Assembly: GCA_022599995.1 (NCBI GenBank)
Contig: JAHZLG010000181.1
Coordinates: 1-27,486 of the forward strand
Length of the DNA: 27,486 nucleotides
Reading direction: 5' to 3'
DNA from: Alphaproteobacteria bacterium
Lineage (GTDB): Bacteria; Pseudomonadota; Alphaproteobacteria; CBDBCS01; JAHZLG01
Under the pieces are notes generated by a model. It was not told the DNA's origin and made no database searches. It was given only the letters and a program-made list of their open reading frames with translations. Shown here piece after piece: positions 9,095-18,300 of the stretch. Position 1 is the stretch's first letter; the number at the start of each line of letters is the position of its first letter. The translations under genes and the position numbers were made by a program.

Positions 9095-10677
9095 GCCCCC
9101 GCCCCTCTCTCAGGAGAAGAGGCACTGCTGCCATCCGTGTCCGGTGCCGGGGATGTGCCTGCAACCGAGGGTTGCCATCCGCTGTGTGCAAGCAGTGTCA
9201 TGAACGGCTTAGCGTGCGGCATCGGCAATGTGCGGTGCACACACCAATCCTTTGCCAAACGACCGGCAAGGACACGTCCCACTGCCGTGTGGGCGCATTT
9301 TCCCACCAATCGATGCACTGTGTGAAACACCTGTGCCCGTCGCGCAAGCCAACCCCATCCTCGAATCAGATGCCGAGAACGCACCAGTTTTTGCCGAAAC
9401 GCCGTCACTCGATGCTGCCGCATGAGGTCGGTCAAGGGAATGTCCATTGGGCACACCTCAACACAGCGTCCGCAGAAACTGCTGGCGTGGGGCAGATCAT
9501 AGAATTCGCCCAACCCCGCAAGGAGAGGGGTAAGCACTGCGCCAATCGGGCCAGGATACACCCAGCCATAGGCATGGCCGCCGATCGAGTGATATATGGG
9601 GCAGTGGTTCATGCAAGCCCCGCACCGGATGCACCGCAGCACCTCGCGGAATGCTGAATTGTATATTGCCGACCGGCCGCCATCGACAAGCACCAAATGC
9701 ACCGCCGTTGGCAAATCACCATGCGACCGATTCGCCCCCTCGCCGCGTGGCGCAACGAAGGTAGTGTATGCCGATATTGGTTGCCCGGTTGCCGACCGTG
9801 CGAGCAGTCGCAAAATCGCCGTGGCGTCGGTCATGCTCTCGACCACCTTGTCGATGGAGGTCACAATGATATGGGTGCGCGGCAGCGTCATGCTGAGGTC
9901 GGCATTGCCCTCATTGGTCACAACCACCGCGTGGCCGGTCTCGGCGATGAGCATGTTCGCCCCCGTGATCCCCAAATCCGCCTCAAGGAATCCCTGACGC
10001 AACTGGGCACGCGATTCCTGGAGCAACGCATCATAACTTTCGAGCGAGCGGTCTGGGGGCAAATCGGTATGGTGCTGATGAAACAGCTCCGCCACTTGCG
10101 CCTTGCGGACATGCAGGGAGGGCGCAATGATATGGCTCGGCTTCTCCTTGCGCAGCTGGATGATGTACTCGCCCAGGTCGGTCTCGAGCGGAAAAATCCC
10201 CGCCTGCTCAAGGTGGGCATTCAGATCGATCTCTTCGGTGATCATCGATTTGGATTTCACCACTTTTTTGGCGTCGACCTCGCGGCAGATGCCTTCGATG
10301 ATGGTGCACGCCTCGTGGCCGGTCTCAGCCCAGTGGACATGCCCGCCTTGCGCGACAAATTTCTGCTCGAATCGAGTCAGCAGGGTCGGCAGTATCGCCA
10401 AGGCGTGGTCTTTGCGTTGCCGTGCATGGGTGCGCAATCCGTCAAAGTCCCCCAGTGCCGCAATGGCGGCGCGACGTTTCGCGACCTTCGTGGTGCGGAT
10501 AAGCTCGACCGCCTGCTGGCGACTCGGATTGCCGAGCCCCGCCTGCGCGCGCTCGGAGAAAGTCCCGACGTGGTAGGCTTGTGCCATGCGGGTCGCCAAA
10601 TCATCCTTCGGCGCATCGTCGGGCTGGGCCTTGCCGCGGGGTTGCGTCGCGGCACCCGCCTTATTTGGTGCCAACAT
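9091..10677 (-). CDS. lutB: Lactate utilization protein B (LutB/LldF Fe-S protein)
   Basis: VVKSKSMITEEI, ETDLGEYIIQL, PSHIIAP, ETGHAVVVTNEGN, CIRCGACMNHCP, YPGPIG, SSFCGRCVEVCP. SD-like AAAGGAG lies upstream of ATG 10677. Confidence 0.95.
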   Translation of the reverse strand: MLAPNKAGAATQPRGKAQPDDAPKDDLATRMAQAYHVGTFSERAQAGLGNPSRQQAVELIRTTKVAKRRAAIAALGDFDGLRTHARQRKDHALAILPTLLTRFEQKFVAQGGHVHWAETGHEACTIIEGICREVDAKKVVKSKSMITEEIDLNAHLEQAGIFPLETDLGEYIIQLRKEKPSHIIAPSLHVRKAQVAELFHQHHTDLPPDRSLESYDALLQESRAQLRQGFLEADLGITGANMLIAETGHAVVVTNEGNADLSMTLPRTHIIVTSIDKVVESMTDATAILRLLARSATGQPISAYTTFVAPRGEGANRSHGDLPTAVHLVLVDGGRSAIYNSAFREVLRCIRCGACMNHCPIYHSIGGHAYGWVYPGPIGAVLTPLLAGLGEFYDLPHASSFCGRCVEVCPMDIPLTDLMRQHRVTAFRQKLVRSRHLIRGWGWLARRAQVFHTVHRLVGKCAHTAVGRVLAGRLAKDWCVHRTLPMPHAKPFMTLLAHSGWQPSVAGTSPAPDTDGSSASSPERGAGA

Positions 10678-11605
10678 TCCGTGCTCCTTTGTGCTTCGCG
10701 CGACTGGTCATCGGCGCATCCTCACCGATGGCAGGGCTATGCCGCCATGTTCCTGCCAAGACCTCCGCAATGTGATAGCACGGCCGATTGATGCCCTGAT
10801 GGCGCAGGCCCGTGGCAATGTTCAGCAGACAACCAAGGTCGGCAGACACGATCATATCGGGGACTTTGCCGTCGGTGGGTTGGGTAAGGGTCTCGCATTT
10901 GCGGTGGAGCATCGAAGCCGAAATGTCGGGGTATTTCACGCAGAAGGTGCCACCGAAGCCACAGCATTCATCACTGCCCTCCACGGGCACCTGTGTGACC
11001 GTTGCCGCGCGATCGAGCAGGGCAATGGCATCTTGTGCCGACTGCGTCTCCCGCAGCGAGGAACACGATTGGTGCAACGCCACCCGCCATGGCATCGACG
11101 CCCGGTCGTGGGAGTGAGGGGCAACCTCGTGCGCGGCGGCACGTGCCGCGGGCATGGCGAGCAGCGATGAGGCCTCAGCGTCAAAGCTATTGGGATCGAA
11201 ATGGCGTTGCACAAGGAATTGACACAGTTCAACCGTCTTCCCCGCCAAAACCTGCAGGGGGGACGCTTCGTGCCCTGCCTTGCTTTGCTCGGCACTGCGC
11301 TCTTCCTGCGGTTCCTCCCCCGGATCAAGCGTCGGATAGTGTTTCTGTATCATCCCCCCACACGACCCCGAGGGCACAATCACCAGATCGCACGCCGAGA
11401 ATGCCTGTGCCTGCTGGAGCGCAGTGGCATATGCCCCGGCAGGGTCGCCGCTGTTGAAACTGACCTGTCCACAACAGGTCTGCACCGAAGGCACAACAAG
11501 GGTCTCACCCGCATCAAGGCAGTGCTCGATAAGTCGCATGCTCGCAAAGGCTGCCGATGGGCGCATGCTATTCATCAAACAGGTAACAAAAAATCCGATC
11601 TTCAC
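10661..11605 (-). CDS. lutA: Lactate utilization protein A (two CCG domains), about 314 aa
   Basis: GTG start giving MKIGFFVTCL, then QTCCGQ, PSGSCGGM, HQSCS, ECCGFGGTF and ADLGCLLNI. It is the first gene of the lutABC order. Confidence 0.92.
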   Translation of the reverse strand: MKIGFFVTCLMNSMRPSAAFASMRLIEHCLDAGETLVVPSVQTCCGQVSFNSGDPAGAYATALQQAQAFSACDLVIVPSGSCGGMIQKHYPTLDPGEEPQEERSAEQSKAGHEASPLQVLAGKTVELCQFLVQRHFDPNSFDAEASSLLAMPAARAAAHEVAPHSHDRASMPWRVALHQSCSSLRETQSAQDAIALLDRAATVTQVPVEGSDECCGFGGTFCVKYPDISASMLHRKCETLTQPTDGKVPDMIVSADLGCLLNIATGLRHQGINRPCYHIAEVLAGTWRHSPAIGEDAPMTSRAKHKGARNVGTK

Positions 11606-11710
11606 AGAGAATATTTTACGACACCCTGCAACAAAGACAAGCACAAAAACCAGCACCCCTCCCTCTGCCCCTTTCTCCGCCCCTGCCCCGGTTGCCTGCG
11701 ATCGGCACAC

Positions 11711-11752
11711 CAACCAAAAACAACAAAGGTGCAAGCATGATGCTTGCACCTT
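11711..11752 (-). terminator. Candidate Rho-independent terminator or perfect palindrome between the phasin gene and lutA
   Basis: Perfect inverted repeat aaggtgcaagcat-g-atgcttgcacctt (11726-11752), followed on the minus strand by tgttgtttttgg. Confidence 0.6.
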
Positions 11753-11757
11753 CATCT

Positions 11758-11944
11758 GGGCATGATGCCCGGCGAGCGTGACGCCCAGCGGCATGATGCC
11801 CGGCGGGCGTGATGCCTACCGAGCGTGACACTCCGGGCATAATGCTCCGCTGAACAGCATACCCGGGGAGTATGATACCCCTGGAGTATCATGCCCGTGG
11901 GGTATAGTGCCCGTGGGGCGTCACGCCCGTCGAGCATCATGCTC
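11758..11944. repeat. Array of 11 mini-palindromes with about 16-bp period (consensus GRGYRT-N-AYRCYC) and 29-bp imperfect terminal inverted repeats
   Basis: Palindrome centres at 11764, 11780, 11795, 11811, 11827, 11841, 11874, 11890, 11906, 11922 and 11938. 11758-11786 matches the reverse complement of 11916-11944 at 25/29 positions. Confidence 0.9.
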
Positions 11945-11952
11945 CGTTGGGA

Positions 11953-12735
11953 TTAGCTGGCTTGGGTCGCTTTCGCGAATTGCACCGGGACAAACGAGGT
12001 CGTCACATCATCATAGAACTGCTTGGCAACCTGCGCATTCAACGCAATGGTTTTGTCGGCAGCGTCTTGCACGAAGCTCGTCCAGGTGGCGAAGGCACTT
12101 TGGAAATCAGTCGTCGCCGTCAATTGCTTCGCAAGGGTGGTTTGCTCGGTGATAATGTCTTGGCCAAGGGAAACCGAGGTGCGGTTGGCTTCTTCGGCGG
12201 ATTTCGCCAATTTCTCGGACAGGTCGCTCCAGTTTTTCATGACCGATGTCTGAAATGCCACCGACTGCTCGATGCCTTTGCTGAATTGGTCGGTGGTTTT
12301 TTGCACCGAGTCGCGGGTCACGTGAGCAGCATCATTGAGGTTTTGCTCGGCGAACGTTTGGGTATTTTGTGTCATGGGATTGGTGGTCTTTGAAGAGGAA
12401 GAAAAGAAAGAAGGGGAAGAAACAGCAGCCGCTGGCTGGGGCACTGCCTGAGGGGAAGCAACAACTGCCTGAGGCACTGCAGCTTGAGGGGAAGCAACAA
12501 CCGCTTGAGGCACTGCAGCTTGAGGGGAAGCAACAACTGCCTGAGGCACTGCTTGGAGAACAGCAATTGTCTGGGGTTGGGGCTGGAGCAGTGCCTTAGG
12601 CACAACCGCTTGCTGAACTGGAGCCACAACCGTCACCGTCTTCTTGCGCGCCTTGCGCGATTTGGCCGGGGTTGATTGCTGCGATGCCCCCGACTTGGCG
12701 GCGGACTGCGAGTTGGTTGATGGGGTTTGCGACAT
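11953..12735 (-). CDS. phaP: Phasin-family (PHA granule-associated) protein with a long basic/repetitive N-terminal extension
   Basis: The C-terminal 120 aa are amphipathic and phasin-like (SAEEANRTSVSLGQDIITEQTTLAKQLTATTDFQSAFATWTSFVQ). SD GGAGA lies 9 nt before ATG 12735. PhaR-type boxes are upstream. Confidence 0.72.
   Translation of the reverse strand: MSQTPSTNSQSAAKSGASQQSTPAKSRKARKKTVTVVAPVQQAVVPKALLQPQPQTIAVLQAVPQAVVASPQAAVPQAVVASPQAAVPQAVVASPQAVPQPAAAVSSPSFFSSSSKTTNPMTQNTQTFAEQNLNDAAHVTRDSVQKTTDQFSKGIEQSVAFQTSVMKNWSDLSEKLAKSAEEANRTSVSLGQDIITEQTTLAKQLTATTDFQSAFATWTSFVQDAADKTIALNAQVAKQFYDDVTTSFVPVQFAKATQAS
12441..12553. repeat. In-frame 36-bp tandem repeat (about 3 copies; QAVVASPQAAVP) in the phasin gene
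   Basis: Units start at 12449, 12485 and 12521. Confidence 0.92.
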
Positions 12736-12815
12736 CGCACAAGGTCTCCGTAGGAATTGCGGGGCAACAACCGTGCGGGCAACGATATTGCCTGCGTTGG
12801 TGCGCTTATGCGGAT

Positions 12816-12844
12816 AACATAGAGGCTATTGTGCATTGTGTCAA
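12816..12844 (-). promoter_or_regulatory. Sigma70-type promoter for the phasin gene
   Basis: Minus strand reads TTGACA (12844-12839), 17 nt, TATGTT (12821-12816), about 80 nt upstream of the ATG. Confidence 0.7.
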
Positions 12845-12854
12845 GGATTTTTGT

Positions 12855-12866
12855 TGCACCGCACAA
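12855..12866 (+). promoter_or_regulatory. PhaR/AniA-type operator box
   Basis: TGCACCGCACAA matches 12/12 the alphaproteobacterial PhaR consensus as I recall it (TGCRNYGCASMA). It lies 10 bp upstream of the phasin -35 element. Confidence 0.7.
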
Positions 12867-12998
12867 TATTTATTTCTTCTTGGATTCCTTCGCGGTTTTC
12901 TGCTTGATCTCGCCCTTGTTGCGGCTGTCTGTTGTGCAACTGGACTTTGCTATCCCAAAATACCGCGGGCACGCGCGTCATTTTGCCCGCTCGAATGA

Positions 12999-13010
12999 TG
13001 CACTGCACAG
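12999..13010 (+). promoter_or_regulatory. Second PhaR-type box
   Basis: TGCACTGCACAG, 11/12 match to TGCRNYGCASMA. Confidence 0.5.
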
Positions 13011-13192
13011 AGCCGGGTGCGCGCACGTCTCCTCGACTGTGATCTGGTTGGCGGTAGCTAAGAAGACCTTCGTCTGCAGCGACGTAATACTGTGTTCACA
13101 AAGATGTCGCGTCACCCGCGCCGGGGCCGGGTGAGAAAGACTCACGCTAACCCATTGCGCAAGGTCGTTAGGCTGTGCCTGTTGCTCAGTTA

Positions 13193-14758
13193 TCACGTCC
13201 CAAGCGGGAGGTCTTCTGCAATCAACGCCTCGGGCGTCATGTGGGGGCGCAACAACACTGGCCGACCACGATAGATGCCGACCTCGGCAGGGAGACCAAA
13301 CAGATTGTACGCATTGGCCATGCTCGACCCATAGGCTCCGGCATCCAAGACGGCGACGGCGTCGCCTGCCTGCAACGTGGCGGGCAACAGCCTTGGGGTT
13401 GCCCATGTATCGGTCGATTCGCACACAGGGCCAGCAATGCGGTAGGGCGTCGTCACAGTCTGCGACACAACCGGCACAATATGATGCCACGCATCATAAA
13501 GGGCAGGGCGCATCAGGGTATGCATGCCTGCGTCTAACAATGCGATGGGAGCAATATCGCTTGGACTGTTGCCACTGTTTTTGTCATTGTCGCTGTCACT
13601 GTCATTGTCATTGTCGTGGGCATCGCCATTGTCGCTGTCATAGTCGTTGTCATGGGCATGGGCGCGGGCATCGCCGGGTTTCAGATCGTCATCACCCGTG
13701 GCAAGACGCATCGGTGGGGCTTTTGTCCGCATCACGCGGCTCAACAACACCCCCGCAGGGCCAACCAGCCAACGCCCGGGCTCGATGGCTATTGCCATCT
13801 CCCCGGCATCGATACGTGCCCGCGCGGGAGCTAACCCCTTCGTGAGAGCCGCAGCATAATCGGTGGGCGATGGGGGCGTCTCATCTTTGTAGCGAATGCC
13901 GAGCCCGCCACCGAGATCGAGGCAGGGCACAGCAAGCCCCTCCGCAAGCAGCTGCATTGCCAGGGTTGCAATCGCCATGACCGCCGCCTCCAACGGAACA
14001 AGGCTTTGCATCTGCGATCCGATATGCACAGCCAACCCGCCGGGGATCAGCCCGTCGACGTTTTCGGGACTATGCAGGGCACGGTAGACCATCGGGACTG
14101 CCTCGATCTGGATGCCGAATTTGTCGCCCGCACTGCCCGTGCTGATCTGCGCGAGGGTGTCCGCACGAACATCGGGGTTCACCCGCAACCCGACTTTTGC
14201 CTTGCGCCCGACTCGCTCGGCACAGGCCCGAATCGCGGCGACTTCTTCGATGGACTCGGCATTGATCTGCCCGATCCCCATGCGGATGGCGGTTTCAATG
14301 TCGGTATCCGACTTGCCCACCCCCGAGTAGATCATCGCCGAAGGGGCTATTCCGGCGGCGGTGGCGGCGTGCGCCTCGCCGACCGAGACCACATCCGCCC
14401 CCCAGCGCGGCGCCAACGCCTCCAGGAGGCCGCGGCGCGGATTCGCCTTCACGGCATAATACCCCTGCACCGGGAAGGGCAAGGCTGCCAACAGGGCTTC
14501 TCCGCGCTGGACAACCTGATCAATGTTCGTCACGTAGAGCGGCGAGCCGTATTGCTCGATCAGCGCAGCCGCAGACAAGGGAGGGGCAGGCTTCTCTGAC
14601 TCAGCATTCGACTCGTTGCAGGATCGATCTGTCGGGTCAGCGACAAAATTCAGAGTGCCCTGCTCATACCCCATCCACGCATGGGCGGGATTCCCCGCGA
14701 GCAAGGCATCGAAGGGGGTGGCATCCGCGGACGTAGCATGCGAGGTGGGGTGGGTCAT
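13193..14758 (-). CDS. lysA: Diaminopimelate decarboxylase with an acidic low-complexity insertion, about 521 aa
   Basis: YAVKAN (PLP Lys), DVVSVGE, SGVGK, NAES, LRVNP, KFG, HIGSQ, LDLGGG, EPGR, DAGM, GPVCESTD, GAYG. ATG 14758 chosen as start. Confidence 0.95.
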   Translation of the reverse strand: MTHPTSHATSADATPFDALLAGNPAHAWMGYEQGTLNFVADPTDRSCNESNAESEKPAPPLSAAALIEQYGSPLYVTNIDQVVQRGEALLAALPFPVQGYYAVKANPRRGLLEALAPRWGADVVSVGEAHAATAAGIAPSAMIYSGVGKSDTDIETAIRMGIGQINAESIEEVAAIRACAERVGRKAKVGLRVNPDVRADTLAQISTGSAGDKFGIQIEAVPMVYRALHSPENVDGLIPGGLAVHIGSQMQSLVPLEAAVMAIATLAMQLLAEGLAVPCLDLGGGLGIRYKDETPPSPTDYAAALTKGLAPARARIDAGEMAIAIEPGRWLVGPAGVLLSRVMRTKAPPMRLATGDDDLKPGDARAHAHDNDYDSDNGDAHDNDNDSDSDNDKNSGNSPSDIAPIALLDAGMHTLMRPALYDAWHHIVPVVSQTVTTPYRIAGPVCESTDTWATPRLLPATLQAGDAVAVLDAGAYGSSMANAYNLFGLPAEVGIYRGRPVLLRPHMTPEALIAEDLPLGT

Positions 14759-15006
14759 CGGAGAGTCACAAAGAAAAAGAAGAGAAGGCAATGGCACTAT
14801 GTTGTCCGACAGTTCGGATTCGGCACATAGGATTCGGCTTATCGGGATCGACACTTAGGTTCGATGCAGCGTCTGAGGGCACATAGTGTCCTGCCCTGTC
14901 TTAATAAGGCATGGCAGGTGATAGGTGAAGGCGCGCGGTCGTGGTGCGCGGCGTCAGCAGACAACAACCTCTCGGCGTATGGAAATTGAGACGCAAGGGT
15001 GATTCC

Positions 15007-15034
15007 TTGAAAGACAAAGCCAGTGCCTTATGAT
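15007..15034 (+). promoter_or_regulatory. Possible sigma70 promoter for ileS-lspA
   Basis: TTGAAA, 16 nt, TATGAT, in the divergent lysA/ileS intergenic region. Confidence 0.4.
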
Positions 15035-15313
15035 ACGCAAGCCATCACCTGCATGCCGGCAGCCGCTCAATATCACGATGCTGTGATCGGTGTGCCAACC
15101 AATGCTAAAGCAACAAATTCAAGGTCGAGCCTAAGGCAGTAACACCCGCAAGATTCCCCGCCCCTCCCCGCCCCTCCCCGGCCTTTTCTTGGCCTTTCTT
15201 GGCCCTTTCTTGTTCTCTTGATGTTCTGCCCCTCCCCTCCCCGCCCCTCCCCCCCTCCTTCTCCCCCTCGCTGCCCCCCTACTGCAGAACCCTCCCTTCT
15301 CTTAATCGACACC

Positions 15314-18300
15314 ATGCCCGACCATTCCGCCGACGCCACGGCAGCCTCTGTGCTTTTGCCCAAAACGAGCTTTCCGATGCGGGGCAACCTCGCCAAACGC
15401 GAACCCGACATGTTGAAGCATTGGGCCGCCATCCAGTTGAATGACACGCGCAAGGCACGCGCCGATGCTTTCGATCACGATGATCCGCGTCCGTCTTACT
15501 CCTTGCTGGACGGGCCTCCCTATGCCAATGGGCATCTCCATATTGGGCATGCGGTGAACAAGATTCTGAAGGATGTCGTGGTGCGCAGCCGCTTTCTCCT
15601 TGGCTATCGGGTGTTTTATCAGCCCGGATGGGATTGCCACGGGCTGCCCATCGAGTGGAAAATAGAAGAGCAAATCCGTGCCGAGGGCAAGACGCGCGAC
15701 TCCCTCTCGGTTTTGGAAATCCGCCAACGCTGCCAAGCTTTTGCCAAGGGGTGGGTTGATGTGCAGCGCGAGGAGTTTCAACGCATGGGCATGATGGTGG
15801 ACTGGGACAACCCCTATCTCACCATGACTCCGGCCGTGCAAGCGACCATCGTGCGGGAGCTCGGGCATTTCCTGATGAACGGCGGGTTGTATCAGGGCAA
15901 AAAGCCGGTGATGTGGTCGGTGGTCGAACAGACCGCCCTCGCCGATGCCGAGATCGAGTATCACGATCGCACCTCGCCGAGTATCGATGTGGCATTTCCG
16001 TTGGTCGACGCGGGTGGTGCGACCGGTGCGACCGGGGCGTCCGATGCGACCGGGGCGACCGGGGCGTCCGATGCGACCGGGGCGACCGGGGGGTCCGATG
16101 CGACCGGGGCGACCGGGGCGACCGGGGCGACCGGGGCGGACATCGAAGCCGCCCTGTCGGGGGCATCGATCGTCATCTGGACAACAACCCCGTGGACAAT
16201 CCCCAGTAATCGCGCCATCGCCTATGCTGATGCGATCGATTATGTCGTGGTGGCAGTGACACGCGACGGTGCTATCCGCAAATTAGTGATCGCGAAGGCC
16301 TTGCTCGAGGCCTTCTTGGCACGGGTCAATGCCTATGTCCCTCCCTCCGATGCGCCTGCCTCCGATATGCCTGCGGGTGTCGCGCGCGCAACTGTGTTGG
16401 TCGAGTGCAAGGGACACCACCTCGCCGGGAAGGTCTGTCTCCACCCGTGGCACGCCCTTGATCCGCAGTATCATCGCGCGACCCCTTTGTTGCCCGGCGA
16501 CCACGTGACCGACACCGCGGGAACGGGGTTTGTCCATATCGCCCCCGGCCACGGAGAAGAGGATTTCGAGCTGGGCCTTGTCCATGACCTGCCCAATCCG
16601 GACACCATCTCTTCGCACGGGCAATTTCTCGACACCGTCGCCCTGATGGCAGGACAAACAGTCATCGATGCCGAAACTGGGAAATATGGCAACGCCAATA
16701 AGGCCGTGACCGCCCTGCTTGTCCAAAGCAACGCCCTGTTGAGCGAGGGGAAAATCCGTCACTCCTACCCGCATTCGTGGCGGTCGAAGGCCCCGCTGAT
16801 CTTCCGCAACACTTCGCAGTGGTTCATCTCGATGACCACGAACGGGTTACGCAACACCTCATTGCGGGCACTGAAGGGCGTGGACTTCTACCCGCCGGCC
16901 GGACGCGCCCGGCTGACCTCTATGATCGAGGCGCGCCCCGATTGGTGCATCTCACGACAACGCGCATGGGGGGTGCCGTTGCCGATCTTTGTGCACCGCG
17001 CATCGGGAGAGCCACTTCGCGACCAAGCCATGCTCGATCGAATTGCCGAAGCCTTCGCTACCCATGGCGCCGACTGCTGGTTCGACCGCGACCCCGCCGA
17101 ATTTCTGGGGGACGACTATGACCCCGCCGACTACACACAGGTAACCGATATTGCCGATGTCTGGTTTGACTCCGGCTCGGCCTACGTATTCGGATTGGAG
17201 CGGCTCGGGTTGCCGGTGCCGGCTGATCTGTTCCTCGAGGGGTCTGACCAACACCGCGGGTGGTTTCATTCGTCCTTGTTGCATGCTGCAGGCACGCGCG
17301 GGATTGCCCCTTATCGTCATTTGCTGACACACGGTTTTGCCCTCGACGGCGAGGGGCGGAAAATGTCCAAGTCGCTGGGCAACATTATTGCCCCCCAAAA
17401 GGTGATGTCTCAGTACGGGGCTGATATTCTGCGCCTGTGGGTGGTGATGTCGGATTACACCGAAGACCTGCGCATCTCCGACCTGATCCTCAAGCAGACG
17501 GCCGAAAGCTACCGCAGGATTCGCAACACCCTGCGCTGGTTGTTGGGTAACCTCGCCGCACATCCGATCCCCGCCGAGGAGGACGTGCAACTGGACGCCC
17601 TTGATCGCTACGTGCTCCACCGGTTGCATCACACCAATGTCGCGATTCTGGCTGCCTACGACACCTATCAATTCACCCATGCCATGCGGCTTGCGCACGA
17701 TTTTTGTGCCGTCGAGCTCTCTGCCTTGTACTTCGACATTCGGAAAGATCGCATGTATTGCGATGCTCCGTCTGATCGCCTGCGGCAGGGGGCGGTGTTT
17801 GTGCTCGACCGGGTGTTCGCAGGGTTGGTGCGTTGGTTTGCGCCAGTCCTTTGCTTCACCAGCGAAGAGGCGTGGATGACGCGGCATCGCGAAGCTAATG
17901 CCACGACTGCGGACGCCCTCGAATCGGTGCACCTCGCCACCAAGGTTGATTTCCCTGACCATTGGCACGACCCTGCGTACGCGGCGCAGTTTTCGGCTCT
18001 CTTGCCGGTGCGCGATGCGGTGAATGGTGTCCTTGAACAGGCCCGCCGCGACGGAGTCGTGAAATCTGGCCTCGAAGCGTCGATCACCTTGCCCGCCGGG
18101 ATCGCTGCCGATGCTGCTGCGGCTGGCCTTGACCTTGCCACCCTTGCCGACTTCTTTATCGTCTCGGCCGTGCACATCGCGCCTGTCGAGGACGGGGAAA
18201 CAGCCGCCGAAAACCACGAGGGCATACAAGTCGCGGTTTCCCCTCTCACCGCCCATGCCGACTATCGGCGGTGTGACCGGTGCTGGCGTTATACGCCAAC

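Noticed and set aside
9697-10791. 364-aa plus-strand ORF
   Set aside because: Antisense to lutB.
16952-18256. 434-aa minus-strand ORF, and other ORFs inside ileS
   Set aside because: Antisense or alternate-frame shadows of ileS.
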